64,000 bases of DNA from the IMG/VR virus record IMGVR_UViG_3300036719_006047, positions 1-64,000 of that record; one strand, given 5' to 3'. Every line of letters starts with the position of its first letter. Position 1 is the first letter of the stretch. Below are positions 9,211-18,485 of this stretch, piece by piece. This DNA comes from a virus. The notes below the pieces were generated by a model, which saw only the letters and a program-made list of their open reading frames with translations, made no database searches and was not told the DNA's origin. The position numbers and the translations under genes are program-made.

Positions 9211-10830
9211 TCACAGTTCGTCGGCCACGACTTCGAGAACTGTCCAGCCCGGCGGCACAACATCAGGGGCCACAGTCGACATCAAAATGACTTGGCCTTC
9301 GTACGCCGACAGACCGCGCATTACGCGACCAAGCAAAGAAGGATGCCACGCTCTGTCTCCGGGGATCAGCACGGGCAGCACATCTTCGGCTCGAGCAGTC
9401 CTGCTCTCGATGTAAGCGCACAGCGCAAGAAGAGTAGAAACCCACTCTCCACCAGAGAGAGCCGTATGAAGCTCAGTCCCTTCCCGGATTCCGATTCGGG
9501 CAGATTCGATGTCCACTCCGAGCGTCAAGCCCGGCGGCATGTAAGCGTTGACGCCGTCGCAGAAGTCTGCCACGCCTTTCTTGAGCAGCTCTTCCCCTTT
9601 CTGCTCCAGCTTTTCTGCTGCTGACGCAAAAAGAGAAGCACACTTTCTTTTCAGCTCTACTTCTGCGCGAGAGGTCTCGGCCCCTTCCCAGGCATGCTTG
9701 GAGGCTTCGTCTTGGTTGATCTTGGTATCGAACTTGGCTACTTCTTCTCGAAGAGAAGTCGTATCAGATACCATCGTCGCCTGATACTTCTCGAGCTTCT
9801 CGTTGATTTCTTTCTCGAGCTGCGCGATTCGGGTAGCGAGCCGATCACTCTCGGCTGCGTTCTGCACGAGCCCTAGCTCGAACTTGACGGTTGCGTGCCT
9901 GTGGGAGATGGCTTTCTCCGTCTCGGAGTTGCCGCACACAGCACAAGAGGAGAAGCCGAACAGGTTCTTGTGGTCAGTCAGCATCTTGTCGAGGCTTGCG
10001 AGCTCTTGGTAGTAGCTGGCGTCGGCCGCCCCGCTTTTAGCGTCAAACTGTTCCTTCTTCTTCTTCGTGGCCTCCATCACGTTGACCAAAGAGACGATGT
10101 TTTCGTACATCGCTCGTTTGTTCTGCAAGGAAACAGTTCCGGCCTGGGCAGACACCAGCGCAGAGAACGCCTCTTCGCGCTTCAGCTCAAGCTCCGAGCG
10201 AGCTTCCGGCGTCATGGGCGCAGGAACGCCATCGAGCATCTGCTTTAGCAAGTTCTCTGCTGACGTAGCTTCTCTCTTCTGCGCAGTCGCTTCTTTCTTG
10301 CAGGCAGCAGACAGCGCGTTCCAATCAAGCGTCAAGGAGTTGCGCCGAATGTGACGCGACACCTCTTTCCATTCATCTGCATCGAGGCAGCTTTCGACGG
10401 AAGCGAGGGTGACTTTTTCGATGACATTCTTGCTCAGCCAGGCGCGAACGGCGTCGGCGTTTCCTGTCAGAGCAGTTTCGATCTCGCTGAACGGGAAAAC
10501 AACTTTGATAGGCTCTTTGCGCTCTCCCTTCGAGAACGACTGCCCGCTTCTCTTCAGCTCCCAGTACAGCTCTTGCTCTTCGTTGCTCAGAACAACAGAA
10601 GAAGTCAGCTTCTTGGCCCTGCTCGGGAAGAAGCGCGAAATGGCCGCATACGTCTTGATGACGTCCCGTCCTTCTCCGTCCCCAACAAACTCAGCAGCAG
10701 CCAACTGTATCGCTTGAACGACAGAAGATTTTCCAGCTCCGTTCTCCCCGACCAAGAGTGTTTTCTGCCCCAATCGACAATCAACGCCCTTCTTGATGTT
10801 GCTCGTCACCGTCATCAGGTACGGCTTCAT
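9211..10830 (-). CDS. SMC/Rad50(SbcC)-like ATPase
   Basis: Walker A GENGAGKS, coiled coil with central CAVC zinc hook, signature LSGGE; Walker B non-canonical (VLIPGD). Confidence 0.8.
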   Translation of the reverse strand: MKPYLMTVTSNIKKGVDCRLGQKTLLVGENGAGKSSVVQAIQLAAAEFVGDGEGRDVIKTYAAISRFFPSRAKKLTSSVVLSNEEQELYWELKRSGQSFSKGERKEPIKVVFPFSEIETALTGNADAVRAWLSKNVIEKVTLASVESCLDADEWKEVSRHIRRNSLTLDWNALSAACKKEATAQKREATSAENLLKQMLDGVPAPMTPEARSELELKREEAFSALVSAQAGTVSLQNKRAMYENIVSLVNVMEATKKKKEQFDAKSGAADASYYQELASLDKMLTDHKNLFGFSSCAVCGNSETEKAISHRHATVKFELGLVQNAAESDRLATRIAQLEKEINEKLEKYQATMVSDTTSLREEVAKFDTKINQDEASKHAWEGAETSRAEVELKRKCASLFASAAEKLEQKGEELLKKGVADFCDGVNAYMPPGLTLGVDIESARIGIREGTELHTALSGGEWVSTLLALCAYIESRTARAEDVLPVLIPGDRAWHPSLLGRVMRGLSAYEGQVILMSTVAPDVVPPGWTVLEVVADEL

Positions 10831-11035
10831 GACTTACCTCTTTCTTTTGGAGTCTTCGCAAGGCTTCAAGATCGCTGGGCTGTTGAGGAGAGCTCTCCCC
10901 ATTGCGCCATCTGTAAATGGTTCTGGGCGAAACGCGACCGTCTAAATCTTTGCTGATCTGCTCTGCTGTCTTGCCCGAGTCAAGCAAGTTTCTAACGATG
11001 CTTTGGGCCTCGGATGCAATGTCTTCTCTCATCAC
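10781..11035 (-). CDS. HTH DNA-binding protein
   Basis: GKTAEQISKDLDGRVSPRTIYRWRNGESSP is an XRE/phage-type helix-turn-helix. Confidence 0.7.
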   Translation of the reverse strand: MMREDIASEAQSIVRNLLDSGKTAEQISKDLDGRVSPRTIYRWRNGESSPQQPSDLEALRRLQKKEVSHEAVPDDGDEQHQEGR

Positions 11036-11463
11036 TCACTCCCGATGGGCTGGGCCAGCACCGACCAACCTCTGTGCCAATCGGTAGCGGCGACGACTTG
11101 GACTCGCGCCACGGAAAATAACTTGCCCTCTTTCAACAGCAATACAACTTTCTTCGATTCAAGGGCAGAATTTAGGATCTCAGCAGTCATTTTGCCGATT
11201 CTGTCACTGAACACGACGAAGCCCCTGAAGTTGGGCTCTCGCGTCAGGTAGTCTCGGCCGTTTACGGTGTCGTGAATCCAACTGCTGTAATCGTGAGCCG
11301 TAGGGAAGCTCTCGTTGAACCAATCTCGCGAACTCTTGATGTCGCAGTCTAACGAGAGCTTCGACTTTACGGTCTCGTGTGCCTGACGCACAAGCCGGAT
11401 CTCGTCGTCAAGTTCACTTACTTTCGGAAAACAAGCAAGGAACTTTATCTTGAGGCTCATCAT
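11032..11463 (-). CDS. Hypothetical protein
   Basis: ORF 11032..11562; likely start ATG 11463 (MMSLKIKF); stop overlaps the next gene start. Confidence 0.6.
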   Translation of the reverse strand: MMSLKIKFLACFPKVSELDDEIRLVRQAHETVKSKLSLDCDIKSSRDWFNESFPTAHDYSSWIHDTVNGRDYLTREPNFRGFVVFSDRIGKMTAEILNSALESKKVVLLLKEGKLFSVARVQVVAATDWHRGWSVLAQPIGSE

Positions 11464-11779
11464 GGATTTCCGCCGCTGCTCTGACCTTGTCCCACAGAAC
11501 GCGAGACACGTCTTGGAACATGATGTCGCTGCGGCCGTAACCATCCCTCTGCCAGTTGTCAAAGGCCATTACTGCCGTAACGAGCTCTTTGAACTTCTGT
11601 GCATTCTCGATGTCTGCATTGAGCTTGCTCTTTGCTGCGAAAACTGCTTTGGCCTTATCGACCTTCCGTTGAGCGGAAGAAAGCAAGGAATCGATATTCG
11701 AGAGGTCTTCCTCTGCTCCAGCCAGAGCGTCGGAAAGCTTGTTGACGGCACCCACCATGCTGATGTCGCTGTGTCTCAT
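11414..11779 (-). CDS. Coiled-coil hypothetical protein
   Basis: ATGA overlap with the polymerase stop; heptad-like composition. Confidence 0.65.
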   Translation of the reverse strand: MRHSDISMVGAVNKLSDALAGAEEDLSNIDSLLSSAQRKVDKAKAVFAAKSKLNADIENAQKFKELVTAVMAFDNWQRDGYGRSDIMFQDVSRVLWDKVRAAAEIHDEPQDKVPCLFSESK

Positions 11780-14700
11780 ACTTTATCCCACGACTTGCCG
11801 ATGTCGGCGCTTGCGGTGAACTCCACCCCGGGAAGGGAGTCGTGCACCTGGTTCATGCACTCTTCGAGGAGGCGGGCAACACGCTCGCCTTCCCCTTCAG
11901 GGCATTCGATCACGATGGCGTCGTGGCACTGGTTGATGATGCCTGTGCCCGGACCCCACTTGTGGAGAGGAACCTGCTCGTAAAGCTTGACCATCGCCAA
12001 ATTCATAATTGCGGCTGCACTGCTGTTTTTGGAGATAAATCCCTCAGCTACGTAGCAATGCTCTTCGTCGTCTACGCACAGCGTAAATACTTCTGAACGA
12101 ACGCAAAGAGACGATACCGAACTAACATGTGCGTGATCGTAAATGTCATTTACCTCCATCTTAGCACAAGAGTACGCTGTGATTGATTTATCGTTGTCAC
12201 TATTCCTCAGTCTCGATTTCATTGTTCTTTGTGAAGCGGACTTAGCACTCAGCTTTTCTACGACACGCCGCACTTCGAACGAAGGCAGGGTTTCGTTAGA
12301 TCTGTACTTGCACTCCCGACCCCACCCCAAAGAAGAGAAAACTTGAGATCCAGAAAGCATTAGACGCCACGAAACTGTTTCAGATTCCTTGTTGGTGCGG
12401 TAAGGTCCCGCCAACTTTTGCGCGTCAATCCCCACTGTTCGGCACAATACAGCTATTTCTCTCAGTAGATCTGGGTTAAACATGTTTAGGACTACGGCAC
12501 CGTCAGGCAGTTGATAACCATCTCCATCAAGAACACCGAGCAAAAACTTTTTTCTGTTAGCAAGAGAAGAGCGCCAAATGATTTCAGGTATCCTTTTGTC
12601 CCGGGCTTTCAGGCCGGGGTTTAGCCCGAACAACGAACAAAAAACATCGCAGTCCCTTCCTGCTAATACGACCCAATGACCAGCTTCTTCCCGCACTGTG
12701 GGAGACAAACCCACGCCAGACATCAAGCGTTCGACATTTTCCTTAGCTTCAATACCGCTGCGCTCTGTGCGCCCTGTACTTGATGTCTTCCCTACTACAA
12801 TGCTGAAGGCAACTCCTTCGTTTTTTCCTTTGTCCTTCCGAGACAAGCAGCCGTCGGATGTGTACAACCCGAGGAGAAAAGCGACATCGTCTCCTATATC
12901 TTTTCCGAAGTTGAGATCAGTTGCGAGGGTCATGGCAACTCTGTTGTTCTCGATAAGAGAATCGGCTTCTCTCCATTCGTACTCTGAGCGACCGACGACG
13001 CGAAATTTATGAGTAGCGTCGCACAGAAGTGATGCTGCGTGGTTGGTGTTCACTCTCAGCAGGGGAACAGTGCCTTTTCGAATGCAAGTCGCCGTTGCCC
13101 ATTTCTTACCCGTCCAAGCGTCGAAACGAAGGCCTTCGAGCTCACGAATAGGTATGTATCCGTTTTTTGTGATGACGCGAACATTACCGGGAACACACTG
13201 GATAGGAAAGTTCACGATTTCGTTAGCCTTCTCGCCGTCTAAGAAGTCCCGTCTGCGGCCAGTTACGGGCTCTCGGAGGTATCCTTTTTTGCGGTAAGTT
13301 TCGATCTCTGCCTGCCATCCCGTCTTGAACTGAGGTGCACCGCGAAGCCAGTTTTCCTGCATCACGCGAACCTTCTGCAACGGAAGCTTCGCGTAAGGCA
13401 AGTCGGTTGTGCCGTCGTTGAGCGGCTCTTTCGTGACAGGGTCAGAGGCAGGCACTTCGGTTTTGCGGATGAGTTTGTGCGTCGTCTCCGCAGAGCCCAT
13501 GTACTGCGAGCAGTACTGAACGCCCTTGGAGAGATCGCGAAACGTTTTCGCTTCGCCCTTCCCGATGAACTTGCCCTTCTCGTCGTAGGCTTTGCCGACA
13601 AGCATGCCATTCCCGGCGTAGCAAGAAGGATCGACACCAGCCGCCCGGCAGAAGTCGTTACCGAAAACTGCGTAAGCCGTCATGCCGTGAGGATCCTTGC
13701 CTTCTCGGAAGGCGCGCAAGTATAGCTCGACGCCCCAGCGGGCTGCAGCCACCCGGAGCTCAAGCTGGTCCATGTCAGCGCCGACCAGGACATTGCCCGG
13801 TTGAGCCACGATCATGGAGCGCATGGCTTTTGGGAAGTTCTGACTCTGTCTCGTTACGGTTACCTTTCCTTTTCGACGAACAACAATGGCATCACTCGGA
13901 ACTGTGACGCAGTAGACCATTCCGTCATAATCAACTTCCTTGCATGACCAGTCCTCTGTGATTCGAATGTCTTCTTCCGGGTGAATGAAGCGCAAAGGAA
14001 AGCTTTTTTTATTGCGGTTTACGAGACGGTGCAGCTGGTGTATTTCACTTGCCGTGAGGGTCAGGACTTCGTTGTGCAGTAAAGGAAAGTCCGCACCAGA
14101 AAATCGGAAAGGAATACGATGATTTGGCGTCATCAGTAGATCCACTTTCTCATCTTCGATGTAGATCATGTACCCCGTGTGGCGTCCGCAGTGGTATGCA
14201 GTAGGAAGTGAAAAGTCTATTTTTCCGTCTTCGTGCCACTGAGCGACCTTGAGTTTGCCTTGATGCGATTCAAGGAGAACGTCAAAACGCACCCAACCGA
14301 TTTCTGTCAGAATTTCAGTCTCGGCGTCAAAGCAGTTAATCGGCTTTGAGCTTGACAGACGGCCAGTAGCCGCAATGTGCGCCGAGTAGCCGGGGTACAT
14401 TCTTCCCGTCGCAGGGTTGACGATACCTCTCTTTTCCTCGCCGTACTGCTTTCGCGTTTCCTTGTCGACCCAGTCTTCGTCTTCATCCCAGCCGAGGTCT
14501 GCACCCATGTTGCTGGGCCTAAGCTTGACCACATAGGTGCCAAGAACTTTTTGGCACTTCCTGTACCTTCGGATGAGCTTGATGACAGCTCTGTGGTCCT
14601 CCTCGATCTGACCGTCCGTGAGAAGCCCGCGGAGGATATAGTCTCCGGTAGAAAGGTCGCCAGATTCGGTGTATCTGTCCTCCTCGTCAATGAACTCAGT

Positions 14701-16581
14701 CGACAACTTCCATCGGTCGAACAGCAGATCTCTCAAGTGGTTCACAGAAGCCGGATTGAAGAGCTTCAGCCCAGTCGTGTCCCGAATTTGGTGAAGAAGG
14801 TTGTGCCTCAAGGTCAGAAGCTCAACTTCTTTTTTGTGCCGTATCGCCTGGTCGACGAACATTCCTGTGGTGTGCATGACCATACAGATCTCTTGAATCT
14901 GCATGTCCAGTTTGTACACCTCAAGCTGGTCCCGTGCATCAAGCGCATCGAGGAGAGGAGGTAAAACTCTCGCAGTTACCGCGACATCGCGTGCTGCGTA
15001 TTCGTGTAGCTGATGGTCATTCTCGCCGCCGTGCGCGATTTTGTTACCTTCGCGGTCCGAATTGCCCGAAACAACGACTTTCCCGTTGCGCCGAACAACT
15101 ACAAAGCCAGAAGGCACCGTGACACAGTAAACGCGCCCATCGAAATCTACTTCATTTCTTTCGAGATGCCCTACGCGGACAATTTTGAGCGTAATTCCAT
15201 CTTTATTTTCTGTGCCCGTTACCCATTCTGCGCCATCAGGAACTTCTGCTGGGCTTGCCACCAGCCATTTCGACTTGTCGTCGATGCGATACAACATTTT
15301 GTGGTTCGGTGTAACAAGTAAGTCGACAGCTTGACTCTTGAACGATCGCATTTCCCCCTTGTACGGCTGATTGACGTAAGCCGAAGGGGCGACAAAAGAA
15401 ATAACACCGTCATCCCATTGAGCTACCAGGTCTGATTCCTCCAGATCAGGGAATCGAACAAAGCCTCTGTCTGTCAAGATTTCAGTCTCGCCGTCATAGC
15501 ATTTCCAGGCAGGTGCATCTGTATAAAGACTGGCGACGTAGGCGAGGCTGTGCGGCATCTCAGGATCCACGTTCCTGTGGATCATGATGGTGTCGATGTT
15601 CGGCTTGACATCAAAGCCCAGCCGCCTGCGGATGACTGTTCGGTCGTAAGAACCTGAGTTGTGGCCGATCTTGTGGATGTTCTCGTTCTCGAAGAAGTAG
15701 CGAAGCTCTCGCAGCATCGCGGAAGCTTCTTCTTCGTTGTAGAAGTCGATAAACAGTCCTGGGATTTCTTTGGGCTGCTTGTTCGAGCGCAGCCCGATCA
15801 CCATCACCTTTGTTTCGTTGCCGATGGCGATACAGCGGATGTTTGCGTCGAGCGGCTCAATACCGTCAGTCTCGATGTCGTAGGTCCACAGATTGTCTGT
15901 GTCGATGAACTGGCGAAACTCGGCAGCGGAAGGGTGATAAACGATATCGGGCTCCACCCAGCCAGACAAACCGTTGAATGCCCTCATCGCCTTGCTGATG
16001 TCCGACCGAAACACATGAGCCCATCGCTGCTGCTTCTGCACCAGACCAGGGGAAACGGTCGGAAGCACTCGCCGCGGAAGCGTACGAATGGTGCTCTCGA
16101 GTTCTACGAGCGCTCCCCGAACAGCAAGAATGCTCTGGGATGAGCCTGTTACAGCCTGCATGGCTGTTTTCCCGAGCGGGATGAGATCTCGAATGTGGGC
16201 AATCTCAGCGTTCAAGCGAGGCGAACAACACTCTTGCGGCGTCTTCATCACTTGGCCGCTCAGCTTCGCTTGCTTGGACAGCCCTCGCGTCATCTGGGCG
16301 AGATCGTTGTCCGGCGGCCGGCACAGGATCGTGTAAGTGAGGTGGAACTTGCCTCTGTGGTGCCCTGAAGCCCTGACGGCGCGGTCCAGTTCGGTGCCGT
16401 TCGGCCCAACGAAAGGACGCCCGTGCTTCTCTTCAGGCTCGCCAGGGGCTTCGCCAATCAGAGCAACACGGGCGTTTGCGTGACTTTCAGGAGGGACGAC
16501 AGTCTGACCGTTGAGGGGGCACTCATCACAGAGGGCGCCACAAGCACGCGGGTTGTAGCTTGTGCGCTTCTCTATGGTCAT
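11776..16581 (-). CDS. polA: Family-A DNA polymerase precursor: N-terminal family-4 UDG-like domain, 3'-5' exonuclease and polymerase domain, interrupted by three inteins
   Basis: UDG: GEAPG..E...GRPFVG, CRPP. Exo I/II/III: YDIETDG, GHNSGSYD, YAARD. Pol: ATGRLSSS, motif A GADMDQLELR, motif B RDLSKGVQYCSQY, NFPIQ, motif C CHDA. Confidence 0.95.
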   Translation of the reverse strand: MTIEKRTSYNPRACGALCDECPLNGQTVVPPESHANARVALIGEAPGEPEEKHGRPFVGPNGTELDRAVRASGHHRGKFHLTYTILCRPPDNDLAQMTRGLSKQAKLSGQVMKTPQECCSPRLNAEIAHIRDLIPLGKTAMQAVTGSSQSILAVRGALVELESTIRTLPRRVLPTVSPGLVQKQQRWAHVFRSDISKAMRAFNGLSGWVEPDIVYHPSAAEFRQFIDTDNLWTYDIETDGIEPLDANIRCIAIGNETKVMVIGLRSNKQPKEIPGLFIDFYNEEEASAMLRELRYFFENENIHKIGHNSGSYDRTVIRRRLGFDVKPNIDTIMIHRNVDPEMPHSLAYVASLYTDAPAWKCYDGETEILTDRGFVRFPDLEESDLVAQWDDGVISFVAPSAYVNQPYKGEMRSFKSQAVDLLVTPNHKMLYRIDDKSKWLVASPAEVPDGAEWVTGTENKDGITLKIVRVGHLERNEVDFDGRVYCVTVPSGFVVVRRNGKVVVSGNSDREGNKIAHGGENDHQLHEYAARDVAVTARVLPPLLDALDARDQLEVYKLDMQIQEICMVMHTTGMFVDQAIRHKKEVELLTLRHNLLHQIRDTTGLKLFNPASVNHLRDLLFDRWKLSTEFIDEEDRYTESGDLSTGDYILRGLLTDGQIEEDHRAVIKLIRRYRKCQKVLGTYVVKLRPSNMGADLGWDEDEDWVDKETRKQYGEEKRGIVNPATGRMYPGYSAHIAATGRLSSSKPINCFDAETEILTEIGWVRFDVLLESHQGKLKVAQWHEDGKIDFSLPTAYHCGRHTGYMIYIEDEKVDLLMTPNHRIPFRFSGADFPLLHNEVLTLTASEIHQLHRLVNRNKKSFPLRFIHPEEDIRITEDWSCKEVDYDGMVYCVTVPSDAIVVRRKGKVTVTRQSQNFPKAMRSMIVAQPGNVLVGADMDQLELRVAAARWGVELYLRAFREGKDPHGMTAYAVFGNDFCRAAGVDPSCYAGNGMLVGKAYDEKGKFIGKGEAKTFRDLSKGVQYCSQYMGSAETTHKLIRKTEVPASDPVTKEPLNDGTTDLPYAKLPLQKVRVMQENWLRGAPQFKTGWQAEIETYRKKGYLREPVTGRRRDFLDGEKANEIVNFPIQCVPGNVRVITKNGYIPIRELEGLRFDAWTGKKWATATCIRKGTVPLLRVNTNHAASLLCDATHKFRVVGRSEYEWREADSLIENNRVAMTLATDLNFGKDIGDDVAFLLGLYTSDGCLSRKDKGKNEGVAFSIVVGKTSSTGRTERSGIEAKENVERLMSGVGLSPTVREEAGHWVVLAGRDCDVFCSLFGLNPGLKARDKRIPEIIWRSSLANRKKFLLGVLDGDGYQLPDGAVVLNMFNPDLLREIAVLCRTVGIDAQKLAGPYRTNKESETVSWRLMLSGSQVFSSLGWGRECKYRSNETLPSFEVRRVVEKLSAKSASQRTMKSRLRNSDNDKSITAYSCAKMEVNDIYDHAHVSSVSSLCVRSEVFTLCVDDEEHCYVAEGFISKNSSAAAIMNLAMVKLYEQVPLHKWGPGTGIINQCHDAIVIECPEGEGERVARLLEECMNQVHDSLPGVEFTASADIGKSWDKV
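12025..13197 (-). mobile_element. Intein 3 in PolA with LAGLIDADG homing endonuclease (391 aa)
   Basis: NFPIQ|CVPGNVRV ... FLLGLYTSDG ... FLLGVLDGDG ... GFISKN|SSAA. Confidence 0.9.
13846..14334 (-). mobile_element. Mini-intein 2 in PolA, ending in Gln (163 aa)
   Basis: KPIN|CFDAETEILTEIG ... TPNH ... VVRRKGKVTVTRQ|SQNFP; removal restores TGRLSSSKPIN-SQNFP (cf. RLSSSxPNLQNIP). Confidence 0.85.
15061..15501 (-). mobile_element. Mini-intein 1 in PolA exonuclease domain (147 aa)
   Basis: AWK|CYDGETEILTDRG ... TPNH ... VVRRNGKVVVSGN|S; no endonuclease domain. Confidence 0.9.
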
Positions 16582-16584
16582 GCT

Positions 16585-16863
16585 CTACTCCTTTGATTCA
16601 GTCACTTCGTCGTCTTGTTCTGCAGGAAGAGTAGCGACATAAGCAGTCTTAATCAGCGCAATCAAAGCTTCTGGCGAAATCGCAATGGCGGGAACGTTCG
16701 AGTAGAGAGGCAGAATACCGTTATTGGCCTGCTCGATAAGATCCTCCGCCCACTGCTTCATGCCTCGCACTGTCTCTGCATTGAGGACAGGGAAATCCCC
16801 AAAAGTGTGCTTCTTGAAGGGGTTAACAGTGTTGATCGGCTTTCCGTCTGGTCCAAGCAGCAT
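16585..16863 (-). CDS. Small hypothetical protein
   Basis: Likely start ATG 16863 (MLLGPDGKP) after GGAG; the longer upstream ORF portion overlaps the SSB gene and is rejected. Confidence 0.6.
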   Translation of the reverse strand: MLLGPDGKPINTVNPFKKHTFGDFPVLNAETVRGMKQWAEDLIEQANNGILPLYSNVPAIAISPEALIALIKTAYVATLPAEQDDEVTESKE

Positions 16864-16876
16864 GTTCGCTCCACGA

Positions 16877-16898
16877 GAAAATGCCGGTCTCTCCCGGC
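16877..16898 (-). terminator. Possible intrinsic terminator/attenuator after SSB gene
   Basis: GCCGG-GAGAGA-CCGGC stem-loop followed by ATTTTC on the minus strand. Confidence 0.35.
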
Positions 16899-16948
16899 TG
16901 TCACGCCTGTTTGTCATTGCGACCCGACGGCGTTCTCGGTGGGGGCGC

Positions 16949-17557
16949 TCAGTTCGGAGCAGCGCCGAGCTTCGACAGGATGCTGCTGCGGGTAGCGGTA
17001 CCGGCAACGGCAGCCGGAGTGCTGGCCGGGGTGATCGCCGGAGCGGCGGCCTCAGCGCGGCCTGCAGCAGGAGCAGCAGGGGCGTGGCTCTCGCCAGGGA
17101 CGAAGTTCTCGGAGCGCTCCTTCCAGATGGCGGGCGGCAGGAAGTCAACGCGGTCGTAGCTACCCTCGCCGGGCGACGGCACGTAGTAGATGAACGCGTT
17201 GCGGTTCACGATGGCGTTGGAGCTGAGCTGCAGCTCGCCGTTGTCGAGCACGTTGGGGGCGTGACCGACACTCTCGAGCAGACCACGCCACAGGTTGCGG
17301 GCGTAGTCCTTCGCCTCACCGTTGGGCAGGTTGATGCCAGTGGTGCGGACAGCGCCCTTGCTCTGGCCATCGAGCACCTTGACCTTGATGACGACACGGC
17401 CGGGCTTCTCGGGCTTAACGTAGGCATCGGTGACGGTCACCTTGTAGTAGCCCTCTTCCATCGCAAGGACGGAGTTGGCAGCAGCGACACCGCTGAGGTT
17501 GACCTGGAAGGACCAGCTGCGATCACCATCGTTCTGGGTAGCGATATCGGTCGACAT
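16949..17557 (-). CDS. Putative single-stranded DNA-binding protein (DUF669-like)
   Basis: EGYYKVTVTDA beta-strand pattern, flexible Ala/Pro tail, position next to AAA_24 ATPase, strongly GC3-biased codons. Confidence 0.6.
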   Translation of the reverse strand: MSTDIATQNDGDRSWSFQVNLSGVAAANSVLAMEEGYYKVTVTDAYVKPEKPGRVVIKVKVLDGQSKGAVRTTGINLPNGEAKDYARNLWRGLLESVGHAPNVLDNGELQLSSNAIVNRNAFIYYVPSPGEGSYDRVDFLPPAIWKERSENFVPGESHAPAAPAAGRAEAAAPAITPASTPAAVAGTATRSSILSKLGAAPN

Positions 17558-17574
17558 GTTACTCTCCTGGTGGG

Positions 17575-18468
17575 TTAGAGGACGTTTTCTGCGGTCTGGA
17601 AGAACTTCAGTCTGCGCTTAGTCAAAGCTTTTCTGATAATGGAACGGTCCAAGGCATCACGCAAAATCCAAATGGCTTCCTCTTCTGGCATACTCTCCGA
17701 GAGGAGCATCGAATAGGTATCATTGGCGAAGTTTTCGAGGTCTGCTCCCTCCAAAGTGATGAGCTTATCGCTGAACACCTGCACAATCTCTTCGTTCTTT
17801 TCCATATCGGGCAGCCGAGGAATGTGCAAGCCCGCCGCCCGAAGAATCTCTGCCAGGTTCATCGGAGCCGGGTCAGACTTCTGGGCAATGTTGAATCGAT
17901 CCTTCATGGTGAAGGAAGGATCCCCGCTGCACCGGTACACGCCGTGCCAAGGCTGACGCTTGGGCTCGTAGCCTGCGCGAAGGACGATGTCACACATGGC
18001 CGGCACCTGCTCCGGAAGCTTGCCGGGAAGCATGGGGCCGCCCTTGATCTTGGCTCCGTTCGGATTGACCTTCGGGGGCTGCTCCCAGCAGCTCATCACC
18101 ACATCGATGCCGGCGTAGCGGGCCTCGTTGCGGAAGTGAAGCACCTGATCACGGATCGCACCCCAAAGGGCAAAGCCAGTTTTCTTCTTCTCTAGAGCAG
18201 AAATAGTCTGCTCAGCAATAAAGCTGAAGTCGTCAAAGACGATAGCCGAATAGCTTTTCTTTGCTTGACCGAGCAGCTTTGTAGCCTCTTCGATCGTCGT
18301 GGCCTCAGCAACAGCGGGCTGATAACCACAAGTCGTCTTGATCGAGGTCAAAGCGCCCGGAGCAGCAATGAAGAGAGCTCTCGGGAAAGAGTAGCCAGTA
18401 TCAACTGTTTTTCCAATCCCCGAAGGGCCGTAAACACACGCAACAACACCTTCTCTGTCGTTTGCCAT
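17575..18468 (-). CDS. AAA_24 / Sak4-like phage recombination ATPase
   Basis: VYGPSGIGKT Walker A, IVFDDFS Walker B, G.P.LPGKL...VPAMCDIV, KDR motif. Confidence 0.8.
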   Translation of the reverse strand: MANDREGVVACVYGPSGIGKTVDTGYSFPRALFIAAPGALTSIKTTCGYQPAVAEATTIEEATKLLGQAKKSYSAIVFDDFSFIAEQTISALEKKKTGFALWGAIRDQVLHFRNEARYAGIDVVMSCWEQPPKVNPNGAKIKGGPMLPGKLPEQVPAMCDIVLRAGYEPKRQPWHGVYRCSGDPSFTMKDRFNIAQKSDPAPMNLAEILRAAGLHIPRLPDMEKNEEIVQVFSDKLITLEGADLENFANDTYSMLLSESMPEEEAIWILRDALDRSIIRKALTKRRLKFFQTAENVL

Positions 18469-18485
18469 TCTTGCCCCGCTCCAGA

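Noticed and set aside
16724-17578. 284-aa plus-strand ORF and the upstream extension of 16585..17148
   Set aside because: Shadows of the GC3-rich SSB gene.
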